Source: an uncultured Acidimicrobiaceae bacterium (GTDB lineage: Bacteria; Actinomycetota; Acidimicrobiia; Acidimicrobiales; RAAP-2). Taken from it: a stretch of 64,000 nt of DNA. A model generated the notes under the pieces. The model was given only the letters and a program-made list of their open reading frames with translations. It was not told the origin of the DNA and did not search any database. Shown piece by piece: positions 9,419 to 19,317 of the stretch. Made by a program: the position numbers and the translations under genes. The number at the start of each line of letters is the position of its first letter. The stretch's first letter is position 1. The stretch lies in the NCBI GenBank assembly GCA_963728845.1, contig CAVSLS010000057.1, forward strand, positions 20,788 through 84,787, written 5' to 3'.

Positions 9419-10477
9419 ATGGGACCTGAGCTGATGATCGAGGCCGAGGGGCTGACGAAGAGCTACGGCCAGACCCAGGCCCTGGCCGGGGTCGGCTTCT
9501 CGGTCCCCGCCGGCACGATCCTCGGGCTGCTCGGCCCGAACGGGGCAGGGAAGACGACGGCCGTGCGGATCCTGACCACGCTGGCGCTGCCCGATTCGGG
9601 ACGCGGCGCCGTGGCCGGCATCGACGTGGCCAAGCACCCCGGTGAGGTTCGGCGCCACATCGGCGTCGCCGCCCAGGACGCCACGTTGGATCCGCTCTTG
9701 ACGGGGCGCCAGAACCTGGTGCTGGTGGGCGAGCTCTCGGACATGGGCCGAGCCGCGTCGAAGTCCCGAGCGACCGAGCTCCTCGCCCAGTTCGAGCTGA
9801 CCGACGCCGCCGACCGTATCCTCAAGGGCTACTCGGGCGGCATGCGCCGGCGGCTGGACCTGGCCGCGTCGCTGATGACGCGACCCCCCGTGCTCTTCCT
9901 GGACGAGCCGACGACGGGATTGGACCCGACGAGCCGGCAGCGCGTGTGGGACGCCATCCGTGAGCTGCTCGGCGAAGGGGTCACGGTACTGCTGACGACG
10001 CAGTACCTGGAGGAGGCGGACGCACTGGCCCACCGCATCGTCGTCGTGGACCACGGCCTCGTCATCGCCAACGGCACACCCCAGGAGCTCAAGGAGGCGA
10101 GCCGGAGTGCCCGCGTCGAGGTCACGCTCCCGGCTCCGCACCCGGAGGCGGTTGGCGCGATGGCGCCGCTGGTCGCCGGTCCGGTCCACGTCAGTGAAGA
10201 TGGCCGGCGCCTGAGTGCCGGGGTGGACGCCGCACCGGGCCTGGCCACCTCGGTCGTACGTGCGCTGGACCAGGCGGGCGTACTGGTGGACAACATCGAG
10301 GTGCGCCAGCCGTCGCTCGACGACGTGTTCTTCTCGCTCACCGGCGGGCACATCGAAGGGGACGCCGAGGACGGGGACGGTGCCGCGAACGATGGGGTCG
10401 GGGATCGCACGATTGCGGCGGCGGATCCCGGCAGTGACGGCGGCGGCCGTCACGAGCTGGAAGGAGTGCGCGCATGA
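9419..10477 (+). CDS. ABC transporter ATP-binding protein (DrrA-like, ABC-2 exporter)
   Basis: Walker A GPNGAGKTT, signature YSGGMRRRL, Walker B LFLDEPTTGLD. Overlaps the permease start by 4 nt (ATGA). Confidence 0.9.
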   Translation: MGPELMIEAEGLTKSYGQTQALAGVGFSVPAGTILGLLGPNGAGKTTAVRILTTLALPDSGRGAVAGIDVAKHPGEVRRHIGVAAQDATLDPLLTGRQNLVLVGELSDMGRAASKSRATELLAQFELTDAADRILKGYSGGMRRRLDLAASLMTRPPVLFLDEPTTGLDPTSRQRVWDAIRELLGEGVTVLLTTQYLEEADALAHRIVVVDHGLVIANGTPQELKEASRSARVEVTLPAPHPEAVGAMAPLVAGPVHVSEDGRRLSAGVDAAPGLATSVVRALDQAGVLVDNIEVRQPSLDDVFFSLTGGHIEGDAEDGDGAANDGVGDRTIAAADPGSDGGGRHELEGVRA

Positions 10478-11331
10478 CGACGACCACGCTGACGTCGACG
10501 CCCGTCGGGGTCGGCCGCTCCCCCTCGTCCGGGGCCGTGTTCGGCTCACTTTGGGACATCTGGGCGATGACGCGACGCAACCTCGTGCACATCGCCCGGG
10601 AGCCGATGCAGCTGTCGGACGTGACGATCCAGCCCGTCCTCTTCACGGTGCTGTTCGTCTACATCTTCGGCGGCGCCATCGCCCTCCCCGGAGGCGGGAG
10701 CTACGTGGACTACCTCCTGGCAGGGATCCTTGCCCTCAACCTGGTCACCTCGGTCATGGGCACCGCCGTCGGACTGAGCACGGACCTGCACGAAGGAATG
10801 ATCGATCGCTTCCGCGCCCTGCCGATGTGGCGCTCGGCCGTCCTGGTCGGGCGTTCCATGGCCGATCTGCTGACCTCGCTCCTCTGCGCGCTCATCGTGG
10901 GGCTGACCGGGCTCGCCGTCGGATGGCGGCCGGGGGCCAACGACATCTCGGTCCTGGGCGGCTTCGCCCTGGTGATCCTCTTTGCCTACGCACTGACGTG
11001 GGTCGCTGCCTGCGTGGGGCTCAACGCCAAGAGCCCGGAGTCCGCCGCCTCCTTCGGCTTCATCGTCCTCTTCCCGTTGGCCTTCGTCTCCAACGCCATG
11101 GTGCCCACCCAGCACATGCCCGGGTGGCTACAGGCCATCGCCCAGTGGAACCCGGTGAGTGCCGTGTGCGCCGGGACGCGAGTGCTGTGGGGCAACCCGA
11201 ACCCCGCCGGTGCCATCCATGCCTGGCCTATGCAACATCCGATTGAGGCGTCGCTGATCTGGTCGGCGGTGATCATCGGGCTGGCCGCCCCGTTGGCGGC
11301 CCACTTCTTCAAGAAGCGGACGACGGAGTAG
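10474..11331 (+). CDS. ABC-2 type transporter permease (DrrB-like)
   Basis: 285 aa with about 6 hydrophobic segments. Translationally coupled to the ATPase gene. Confidence 0.85.
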   Translation: MTTTTLTSTPVGVGRSPSSGAVFGSLWDIWAMTRRNLVHIAREPMQLSDVTIQPVLFTVLFVYIFGGAIALPGGGSYVDYLLAGILALNLVTSVMGTAVGLSTDLHEGMIDRFRALPMWRSAVLVGRSMADLLTSLLCALIVGLTGLAVGWRPGANDISVLGGFALVILFAYALTWVAACVGLNAKSPESAASFGFIVLFPLAFVSNAMVPTQHMPGWLQAIAQWNPVSAVCAGTRVLWGNPNPAGAIHAWPMQHPIEASLIWSAVIIGLAAPLAAHFFKKRTTE

Positions 11332-11345
11332 CACCGAGGAGCGAG

Positions 11346-11375
11346 AGGACGCGGTGGAAGACGGCCCCGCGTCCT
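11346..11375 (+). terminator. stem-loop downstream of the ABC permease gene
   Basis: aggacgcgg (11346..11354) pairs with ccgcgtcct (11367..11375): 9-bp stem, 12-nt loop. Confidence 0.4.
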
Positions 11376-11397
11376 GGTCGTTCGGTAGCCTGCGTTC

Positions 11398-12810
11398 ATG
11401 ACGGCAGAACCCTGGCTCGGAGACGCCTGCTCCCTCGTCGACGCCTTCCGTGAGGGGAGGATCTCCCCCACCGAGGCCCTCGAGGGGTCGCTGGCGGCGA
11501 TCGCCGGCTCGAAGCTCAACGCCGTGTGCTTCGTCGACGAAGAGCGGGCGCGGGAGTCGGCGGCGGGCGCCGACGTCAACTTGCCCTTCGGCGGGGTGCC
11601 CGTCGGCATGAAGGAGCTCGACCCGGTCAAGGGCTGGCCACAGACGGAAGCCTCGCTGGTGTTCAAGGACCGCAGCGCGGACTACGACTCCACCATGACG
11701 GCCCGGCTCCGGGCGGCCGGTGCCGTGTTGGTCGGCCAGACAACGGCCTCGGAGTTCGGCGGCATCAACTGCACCTACACCCGGCTGCACGGCGCGACCT
11801 CGAACCCCTACGACCTCGAGCGCACACCCGGCGGCTCTTCGGGGGGCTCGGCCGCATCGGTCGCCGGCGGGCTCCTGCCGATCTGCACGGGCGGCGACGG
11901 CGGCGGCTCCATCCGGATCCCGGCCGGCTTCACGGGCCTCTTCGGCCTCAAGTCGACGTTCGGGCGGATCCCGAAGGGACCGAAGACCGAGATCGAGCCG
12001 CTCACCGCCGTCCTCGGGTGTCTGTCGCGCTCGGTGCGTGACACCGCCCGCTGGTTCGACGCCTGCAACGGCAGTGACGAGTATGACCCCTTCTCGCTGC
12101 CCCGGGTCGAGGGCTGGGAGGCCGGCCTCGGCCAGCAGGAGGTGCGGGGAAAGCGGGTGGCGGTGTCGGTCGACCTGGGTGCGGCCGTTGTGGCGTCTGC
12201 CGTCGGGGACAAGGTCGAGGAGGCGGCGGACCTGCTGATCAAGGACGCCGGGCTGACCCGGGTGGACGTGCCCATCGGGCTCCCGCGGGGCGGCCTGGAG
12301 TGGGCCCTCGCCGGCACGGCCAGCCTGCTCGTCGGCCTGGGCGACCTGTACCCCGGCTGCGAGTCCCAGCTCACGCCCGAGATCATGCTGGCGGCCAACA
12401 TCGCGACCAATCACTACGACGTCGACACCGCCATGAACATCGAGGCCTTCCGCCGGCAGATCATCGTGCAGACGGCACAGGTCTTCGAGCAGGTCGATTT
12501 CATCGTGTGTGCAACGAACCCCGACGTGGCCTTCGGCGCACAGGGGCCGATGCCGACGACGATCGACGGGATGGACCTCATCGCCGAACACGGGTTCGAG
12601 GCTGCGGTGGGGAACAACGGCGCCCTGACCATCCCCGCCAACACGACCGGGCACCCGGCCGTCGCGATCCCCATCGGGCTCGTCGACGACCTGCCGGTCT
12701 CTCTGCAGATCATCGGCCGCCGGCACGCCGAGCAGCTGTTGCTCGACTTGGCCCGCATCGTCGAGATCGAGCGACCGTGGCCCTTGGTGGCGCCCGGCGC
12801 CCCCACCTGA
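11398..12810 (+). CDS. amidase (amidase-signature family)
   Basis: 470 aa. GGSSGGSAASVAGG signature and a Ser-cisSer-Lys context. Confidence 0.9.
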   Translation: MTAEPWLGDACSLVDAFREGRISPTEALEGSLAAIAGSKLNAVCFVDEERARESAAGADVNLPFGGVPVGMKELDPVKGWPQTEASLVFKDRSADYDSTMTARLRAAGAVLVGQTTASEFGGINCTYTRLHGATSNPYDLERTPGGSSGGSAASVAGGLLPICTGGDGGGSIRIPAGFTGLFGLKSTFGRIPKGPKTEIEPLTAVLGCLSRSVRDTARWFDACNGSDEYDPFSLPRVEGWEAGLGQQEVRGKRVAVSVDLGAAVVASAVGDKVEEAADLLIKDAGLTRVDVPIGLPRGGLEWALAGTASLLVGLGDLYPGCESQLTPEIMLAANIATNHYDVDTAMNIEAFRRQIIVQTAQVFEQVDFIVCATNPDVAFGAQGPMPTTIDGMDLIAEHGFEAAVGNNGALTIPANTTGHPAVAIPIGLVDDLPVSLQIIGRRHAEQLLLDLARIVEIERPWPLVAPGAPT

Positions 12811-13037
12811 GCCAGACGTTCCGGGCCTCTTCCGCCCTTCGGCCTCCGCGTCACGCGGCCCGGGTCGCAACCAGGTCGCAATTCGACTGCAACCGCTGCC
12901 CAACGAAACGGCGCGGTGGTGACGACGCGCCGACAACGGCATCCCTCTGGCCTTGAGTTTTGGGGTTCCGTTGGGACGTTCTGTGACTTTTGATACCTGC
13001 GCTTCAACGACGGTTTGTCATACCCTGTCGGAGGCAC

Positions 13038-14546
13038 ATGGCGGAAGAGATGCTCTTCACAGTGGCCGGGTCCGTCGCGATGCCGGCGCAGATGATCTCG
13101 CTCGAAGAGGCGGGCCTCGAGGAACGCGCGGATCTCCAGGAATGGGTGCTCTCGAACCCCGCCATCCTCGGTCCCGCCGTCAAGGTGATCACCTTCGAAT
13201 TCGACGGACTGCCGGGCCCGGCCGGAGGAGGCCGGGACCGCATCACCGTGCTCGGCCTGGGGGCCGACGGGCGGTTGGTCATCGGAGAGCTGAAGAGCGG
13301 GCGGGCCCCGGACACCGAGGTCCATGCGATCAAGTACGCCGCCATGGCCAGCCGCACGCTCCCGGAGACGCTGGCCGACCACTACGCCCGCTTCCAGGCG
13401 CGGCTTCAGATGCCCGTCACGCCCGAGGAGGCACTGGCCGACCTCCAGGCGCACGCCCCCGACCTCTCGCAGGAGTCGCTCCGGCGTCCGCGCATCGTCC
13501 TGCTCGCCCGGGAATTCTCCCCCGTCGTCACCGCCAGCGTCGTCTGGCTCAGCGAGATGGGCCTCGACATCTCCCTCGTCCAGATCAGTGCCTTCCGCTC
13601 GTACGTCTACGGTCAGTTGGGCAGTGGCAACGTGCCCATGATCTCGGTGAGCCAGCTCTATCCGCTGCGCGAGATCGAGGAGTTCACCATCAGCCCCGAG
13701 CGCCAGCTGGCCAAGGAGATGGCCGAATCCCGCCGACGCGTGCAGGACGCCAGCACCGTTCGACGGCTCGTCACGGCCGAGACGGTCGCGGACGGGACGA
13801 TCTTCACCCTCAGCCCCCGCAGCGACCTCAGCTTCGACATGCGCAGTCAGCTCGAAGAGTGGCTGCACGCCGACCCGGCGCGCCGGACCGCACACTGGCA
13901 GAACAACCTCAACGCGCCGTTGGTGTGGGACGTCGACAAGACGGTGTACACGCCGGCGAGCCTCGTGCGCCACATCGTCGAGCAGGCCACCGGGGTCACG
14001 CGCGACTGGTTCGGCACCCAGTGGTGGCGCGACCCTGCCGGATGGACGCTCGTCGAGCTCGCCGGGCCGCTCATCGGCGGCAAGGGTGCCCTCTATCGCG
14101 ACTACTGGTCGCGCTGGCTCGAGAAGGTGCGTGTCGAGCACGGGCACTGGACCCAGATGTCCACGTTGCCGGCGCAAAACTTCATCACGCTTCCCTCCCC
14201 TATCAAGGGCACCCACTACGGACTGGCCTTCGCGGCGGGCGGGCGGCTGCGCTCGGACTTCTACGTCGACCTCGGCTCCCCCGAAGCCAGCGCCGCACAG
14301 TTCGAGGTCCTTCAATCACAGCAGCAATTGATCGAATCGGTCTACGGCGGCCCACTGTCGTGGGAGCGCCTCCCCGACCGTGGCGCCTACCGCATCGCCG
14401 ACTACAGCGAGGGCGAGGTCACCACGGTCGAGGACTACGCGTTCTACATCGACTGGATGATCGACGCCCAGGAGCGCCTGCGCCAGGCCGTCAATGCGGT
14501 CCTGCGCAGCGGCGAGCCGCCGGACGAACCGTTCGACCGCCGCTGA
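13038..14546 (+). CDS. NucS/DUF91-like PD-(D/E)xK nuclease-fold N-terminal domain fused to a DUF4268-like C-terminal domain
   Basis: ATG at 13038 with GGAGG 4 nt upstream. N-terminus ...DRITVLGLGADGRLVIGELK... fits a D..(E)xK nuclease core. The C-terminal about 150 aa (YWSRWLEKV...GLAFAAGGRLRSDFYVD...YGGPLSWERL) resembles DUF4268. Confidence 0.65.
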   Translation: MAEEMLFTVAGSVAMPAQMISLEEAGLEERADLQEWVLSNPAILGPAVKVITFEFDGLPGPAGGGRDRITVLGLGADGRLVIGELKSGRAPDTEVHAIKYAAMASRTLPETLADHYARFQARLQMPVTPEEALADLQAHAPDLSQESLRRPRIVLLAREFSPVVTASVVWLSEMGLDISLVQISAFRSYVYGQLGSGNVPMISVSQLYPLREIEEFTISPERQLAKEMAESRRRVQDASTVRRLVTAETVADGTIFTLSPRSDLSFDMRSQLEEWLHADPARRTAHWQNNLNAPLVWDVDKTVYTPASLVRHIVEQATGVTRDWFGTQWWRDPAGWTLVELAGPLIGGKGALYRDYWSRWLEKVRVEHGHWTQMSTLPAQNFITLPSPIKGTHYGLAFAAGGRLRSDFYVDLGSPEASAAQFEVLQSQQQLIESVYGGPLSWERLPDRGAYRIADYSEGEVTTVEDYAFYIDWMIDAQERLRQAVNAVLRSGEPPDEPFDRR

Positions 14547-14547
14547 G

Positions 14548-15399
14548 TCACGAGCTCTTCAGCTTCCAGACCGCCAGCGGCGCGAAGACCACGACCAGCC
14601 CGGCCGTCCACAACAACGATGGGACCAGGTAGTACGAGAGCGAGTGCCCGAGCAGCTGCTGGGCCGCGGGACCGCCGGTGAGCAGGCGCACCGTGTTGAT
14701 CATCTGTGTCATGGGTTGGTTGGTGGCGAAGGCCTGCATCCAGCCCGGCATCGTCGCCACCGGCACGTAGGCCGAGGAGACGAAGCTCAGCGGGAAGACG
14801 AGAAACGACAGGCTCTGCGCCGCCTGTGGGCTCCCGGCCGCCAGGCCCATGAAGATGAACATCCACACGAAGGCGAAGCCGTAGACGATGGTCAGGCCGA
14901 ACGCGGCCAGCGCCTCGCCGACGGAGCCACCGGTGCGGAAGCCGACGGCGAAACCGACCGCCGTCATGACCACGACGCCCCAGGCAACGAGCGCCGAGTC
15001 GGCACCGACCCGGCCGGTGATGATGGACAGGAGCCGGATCGGCAGGGAGCGCAGACGGTCGAACAGCCCGCCCTCCTGGTCGTCGGCCACGCCGCTCGCC
15101 GCGCTCATGCCCTGGAAGAGCACGCCGGTGACGACGAAGCCCGGCACCAAGAAGTCCACGTAGCTGAGGCTCCCGGTGTGGGCGATCGCGCCGCCGAAGA
15201 CGTAGCGGAAGATGAGGAGGAAGAGCACCCCCTGGGCGGTGCCCGCCACGATCAGGGCCGGGCTGCGGACGAATTTCTTGAGCGTCCGGCCGGCCACCTG
15301 GCTCGAGGCGACGAGATACGACGCTCCCTGGTTCGTCACCACCCCCGTGCGTCCGCTGCCCGCCTGGCGCGGCGGATCGAGAGTCAGGTCCATGGTCAT
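14548..15399 (-). CDS. ABC-2 type transporter permease (DrrB-like)
   Basis: ATG at 15399 (MTMDLTL...) overlaps the stop of the upstream ATPase gene (ATGA). Multi-pass hydrophobic protein, paralogous to 10474..11331. Confidence 0.85.
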   Translation of the reverse strand: MTMDLTLDPPRQAGSGRTGVVTNQGASYLVASSQVAGRTLKKFVRSPALIVAGTAQGVLFLLIFRYVFGGAIAHTGSLSYVDFLVPGFVVTGVLFQGMSAASGVADDQEGGLFDRLRSLPIRLLSIITGRVGADSALVAWGVVVMTAVGFAVGFRTGGSVGEALAAFGLTIVYGFAFVWMFIFMGLAAGSPQAAQSLSFLVFPLSFVSSAYVPVATMPGWMQAFATNQPMTQMINTVRLLTGGPAAQQLLGHSLSYYLVPSLLWTAGLVVVFAPLAVWKLKSS

Positions 15400-16364
15400 G
15401 CTGCGTCCTCCTTCGGAGTCGTGGTGGTCGTGGCGTGCCCGGTCAGGGCGAGGAACACCTCGTCGAGGGTGGGACGGCGGAGGGCGATGTCCTCCACGGG
15501 GACGGCGGCGTCGTCGAGGGCCCGGACGACGATGGGTAGCAGTCGCGAGCCGCTGGGTGCGGCGATGGAGCACCGCCGCGTCGCCGGGTCGGTGGCCGGC
15601 TCGGCCATGCCGAGCGACCCGAGCACCTCGGCCGCCCGCTGCATGGTGAGCAGGTCGGCGGTGTGCAGCTCGACCATGTCGGCACCAACCCGCGACTTCA
15701 GCTCGTCGGGCGTGCCCTGGGCGATCACGCGTCCTCCGTCGATGATGACGATGGACGACGCCAGGTGGTCCGCCTCGTCGAGGTACTGCGTCGTCAGCAC
15801 GACATCGGTCCCGGCCCAGCTCATCTCTCGGATGCCGTCCCACACCTCGTTGCGGCTCCCCGGATCGAGCCCGGTGGTCGGCTCGTCGAGGAGCAGGACG
15901 CGCGGGGAGCCGACGAGGCTCGCCCCGAGGTCGAGCCGCCGGCGCATCCCGCCGGAATAGGTCCGGACCTGGCGGTCGGCGGCCTCCACGAGATCCATCT
16001 GCTCGAGGATCCGCGCCGCGCTCTGCTTGGCCGCGCCGGCAGGCTGCCCGTAGAGGCGGGCCACCATGACCAGGTTCTCCCGGCCGGTCATCATCTCTTC
16101 GACCGCGGCCGACTGGCCGGCCAGGCCGATCATGCGCCGCACCGCCATCGCGTCGCGGACGGCGTCATGGCCGCCCACGAGCAATGACCCGCGGTCGGGC
16201 TGGAGCAGCGTCGCCACCATGCGGATGAACGTGGTCTTGCCCGCGCCGTTCGGCCCGAGGATGGCCACGGGTTTGCCCGCCGGCAGCGTGAGAGAGAAGT
16301 CGGACAGAGCCTGGACCTTCCCGAACTTCTTGCTGAGGCCGTCGGCCTCGATGAGCGCGTCCAT
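15396..16364 (-). CDS. ABC transporter ATP-binding protein (DrrA-like)
   Basis: Walker A GPNGAGKTT, signature YSGGMRRRL, Walker B LLLDEPTTGLD. Confidence 0.9.
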   Translation of the reverse strand: MDALIEADGLSKKFGKVQALSDFSLTLPAGKPVAILGPNGAGKTTFIRMVATLLQPDRGSLLVGGHDAVRDAMAVRRMIGLAGQSAAVEEMMTGRENLVMVARLYGQPAGAAKQSAARILEQMDLVEAADRQVRTYSGGMRRRLDLGASLVGSPRVLLLDEPTTGLDPGSRNEVWDGIREMSWAGTDVVLTTQYLDEADHLASSIVIIDGGRVIAQGTPDELKSRVGADMVELHTADLLTMQRAAEVLGSLGMAEPATDPATRRCSIAAPSGSRLLPIVVRALDDAAVPVEDIALRRPTLDEVFLALTGHATTTTTPKEDAA

Positions 16365-16473
16365 TGGCGCGCCTCCTTTCGTCGGAGAGCCCGCTCGACG
16401 GAGGTCGCCTACGCTCTTGGGTGCTGCCTCGGGCGAAGGCCCCTCGTGGGTCGGGCTCGTGGTTGTGTGGGCT

Positions 16474-16503
16474 CGGGGCCGCGTGGTGCAACACGCGGCC
16501 CCG
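16474..16503 (-). terminator. GC-rich stem-loop between the PadR gene and the ABC ATPase gene (terminator or attenuator)
   Basis: cggggccgcg (16474..16483) pairs with cgcggccccg (16494..16503): 10-bp stem, 10-nt loop. Confidence 0.3.
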
Positions 16504-16505
16504 GG

Positions 16506-17150
16506 TCATTCAAGGTTCGTGTCGAAGTTGAACTGCACCTCCTCGGGGTTGAAGCCTTCGGTGTGGAACATGCGCCACATGTCGAGCCCCTCGAGGGTGC
16601 CCGCGGTCATGTCGTCGACGAGGCCGTTGACGAACTTCAGCTCGGCGGCGAGCTGCTGCTCCTCGTACTCGGTCTCCAGCTCGAAGATCCGGGGCAACCC
16701 GGCCTCGTGCGCTGCCTTCATGGCGCTGCGGATGGCGACCACCTTCATCTTCAGCGCGTCGGCCCGCGCCCGAAGTGCCGCGAGGGCGTCGTCGGGATCG
16801 AGGGAAGGGATGAAGGAGAGACCCGCCATGAACGCCGGGTACTCCTTCGTGGGGACGCCGATGAGCTCGGTCATCCAGTCGTCCATCTCGCGCGACCCGT
16901 CGTCGGTGATCTCGTACACGGTGCGCTGGGGCCGCTTGCCCTCCCGCACGGTGCCGGTCGCCTTGATGAAACCCTTCTTCTCGAGCACCTCGACCACGGC
17001 GTAAAGGGAGCCGTAATTGAGGCGGACGCTCTCCTGTTTGGCCCGCTGGCGCAGGGTCTGGGCCACCTCGTAGGGGTGCATGGGCTTCTCGTAGAGGCAG
17101 ACCAGCACCGCCAGGGCGAGGGGGTTGGAGCGGGACCATCGTGGTGGCAT
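16506..17150 (-). CDS. PadR-family transcriptional regulator
   Basis: Winged-helix region LALAVLVCLYEKPMHPYEVAQTL...NYGSLYAVVEVLEKKGFI. First gene of a PadR plus ABC-2 exporter unit. Confidence 0.9.
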   Translation of the reverse strand: MPPRWSRSNPLALAVLVCLYEKPMHPYEVAQTLRQRAKQESVRLNYGSLYAVVEVLEKKGFIKATGTVREGKRPQRTVYEITDDGSREMDDWMTELIGVPTKEYPAFMAGLSFIPSLDPDDALAALRARADALKMKVVAIRSAMKAAHEAGLPRIFELETEYEEQQLAAELKFVNGLVDDMTAGTLEGLDMWRMFHTEGFNPEEVQFNFDTNLE

Positions 17151-17168
17151 CGACTCATAGTATTCGAT

Positions 17169-17196
17169 TCAGAGTAATCTGTAAAGAGTGCTCTGA
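17169..17196. promoter_or_regulatory. inverted repeat in the AT-rich region upstream of the PadR gene (candidate operator/promoter)
   Basis: TCAGAG-N16-CTCTGA within an unusually AT-rich stretch directly upstream of the PadR start. Confidence 0.25.
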
Positions 17197-17351
17197 GACG
17201 AATCTTCTGACTCGTGTGGCCTCCAATTAGACGTCTCCCCGGAGCTACGTCACGCACGCTCGCCAAGCAAGCACGCGGGCGATCGGGCCCGGAAAAGTGT
17301 GTCCGTGACCCAGCCAACCGTCACACCCTGCCGACCAAAGTGAGAGAAGGT

Positions 17352-17383
17352 CAGGACCCGCAGGCTGATGCCGGCGGGTCCTG
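17352..17383 (-). terminator. stem-loop downstream of the membrane-protein gene
   Basis: caggacccgc (17352..17361) pairs with gcgggtcctg (17374..17383): 10-bp stem, 12-nt loop. Confidence 0.45.
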
Positions 17384-17406
17384 GGGGTCTTCGAGCCCGG
17401 GAGGAC

Positions 17407-17937
17407 TCAGGCGATGGCCGGGGACCGGAGCAGCCCGCCCCGCTCGATGACGGCGCCAGAGCGGCGGGCCTTGATGTACAGGCCAGCCGTCCGGGTGGAC
17501 ACCTCGGCCATGGCCATGAGGATGAACGCCGTGGCCCAGACCGAACCCGAGGTGATGGCGTGGGCGGCGCTGAACCGGGCGACGGCCGGTGCGCCGCCGT
17601 GGCTGACCCACAGCGAGAAGCCGACCCGTGCGCCGATGCCGGCCACCCACAAGACGGCGGCCAGGGCGCCCGCCTTGGCGAAGGCGCCGGCGCCGTCGCG
17701 GCCAACCGTCGTGGCCAGTGCGGCCAGGGCCCCCAAGATGGCGCCGAACGCCGTGCCGCCGACCACGAGCACGAGGTCGTTGCCGGCGGTCGGGATGCCG
17801 TGAAGGATGCTGGTGCAGACCCAGATCGTCACGACGAGGGGGAACACCAGGCGGGCCTTGGTCACCTTGTGGCCCCGGACCTGCAGGACCACCAGACCGA
17901 CCAGGAAGAGGTTGAGGAGGTATTCGGCGAGTGTCAT
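17407..17937 (-). CDS. integral membrane protein, function unknown
   Basis: 176 aa with 4-5 hydrophobic helices. Start context and coding-like composition; no recognisable catalytic motif. Confidence 0.65.
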   Translation of the reverse strand: MTLAEYLLNLFLVGLVVLQVRGHKVTKARLVFPLVVTIWVCTSILHGIPTAGNDLVLVVGGTAFGAILGALAALATTVGRDGAGAFAKAGALAAVLWVAGIGARVGFSLWVSHGGAPAVARFSAAHAITSGSVWATAFILMAMAEVSTRTAGLYIKARRSGAVIERGGLLRSPAIA

Positions 17938-18329
17938 ACCTTCAGTGTCTGCCTCGACGGGCGCCCCTGCGTCAGCCCAGGGGTGGACCTTTGGGTGGAT
18001 CCCGTCTCCACCTCTTCTGGGGCGCCCAGATCGGCCGGGTGCGACTCCGTGGTCGCCCGGGACGGCTTCGTGGCCGAAGAGATCAGCCGGCAGAGGAGAT
18101 CAACAGCCCGAAGATCTGACATTTCCTTCCCGAGGGTGTCGATATCCCCTCCCCTCGTTCGACGTCCGGTCGCCAGCGCGACGCAACGCCCCGACGAACA
18201 AGGAGGAGCATCACCATGCGGCCCACTGTCCAGCCGGTCCAAACCGGAGCCCAACAGGGAACCATCCCCCCCGATCCCGTTCTCCCGGGCTGGTCCCCGG
18301 GGTCACAGCGTCTCGGTAGGGTCCGGCGC

Positions 18330-19317
18330 ATGACCACTCCCACCGAGGCAATCGCCACCGAAGGGCTGGTGCGGCAGTTCGGCGAGGCCGTCGCGGTCGA
18401 CCACGTCGATCTCCACATCCGTCCCGGTGAGATCTACGGCTTTCTCGGTCCCAACGGGGCCGGGAAATCGACGACCGTGCTCATGCTGTGCACCCTGCTG
18501 GCGCCCACCGGCGGGCCGTGCCACCGTGGCCGGGCACGACGTGGTCACCGAGCCCGGGAGGGTGCGCCTCAACATCGGCGCCGCGCTGCAGGAGGCCTCG
18601 CTCGATCCGCTGCAGACCGGCATCGAGCTGCTTCGCCTCCAGGGGCGCCTCTACGGCCTCTCCCGCAAGGAGATCGACAAGCGCGTGGAGGACCTGGCCT
18701 CGCTCATCGACATCGGGGACGCCCTCGGCCGGCGCATCGGCACGTACTCGGGCGGCATGAAGCGGCGACTCGATCTCGCCGCCGCCCTCGTGCACAACCC
18801 GACCGTCCTGTTCCTCGACGAGCCGACCACCGGGCTCGACCCCGTGAGCCGGCTCGCCGTCTGGGCCGAGGTGCGGCGGCTCAACCGTGAGCTGGGCATG
18901 ACGATCTTTCTCACCACCCAGTACCTCGAGGAGGCCGACGAACTGGCCCATCGGGTGGGCATCATCGACGGCGGTCGCATCGTGGCCGAGGGCACCCCGA
19001 ACGAGCTGAAGCAGGCCATCGGGACCGACGTGATCATCGCCCGGGTCGACGGCGAAGCCGCCGTCGTCCTGCCCCTCATCCAACAGGTCGAGGGGGTGCT
19101 GAGCGTCGAGGCGCACGGCAACGAGCTCCTCGTCGCCAGTGCCAACGGTTCGGCGGCGATCAGCCCGGTCGCCGTCGCCCTGGCTCGGCACTCGGTCCAG
19201 GTGCGCGACCTCACCCTGCGCACGCCGACGCTCGACGACGTGTTCCTCGAGCTGACGGGCACGCACATCGAGCGCGGGGAGAGGGCCGACGAGGAGAGGG
19301 AGGAGGTGTCGGTATGA
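18330..19317 (+). pseudogene. ABC transporter ATP-binding protein (DrrA-like) with a +1 frame change (pseudogene or assembly indel)
   Basis: The first frame reads MTTPTEAIATEGLVRQFG..GPNGAGKSTTVLMLCTLLAPTGG. The expected continuation RATVAGHDVV..YSGGMKRRL..LFLDEPTTGLD is in the +1 frame. The junction is at 18513..18517 (gggCcgt). The gene end overlaps the permease start (ATGA). Confidence 0.8.

Noticed and set aside
18513-18517. Programmed ribosomal frameshifting as the explanation for the frame changes
   Set aside because: There is no slippery heptamer or downstream pseudoknot at this or the other nine junctions. The shifts go in both directions and affect unrelated gene families. Indel error or decay is the simpler explanation.
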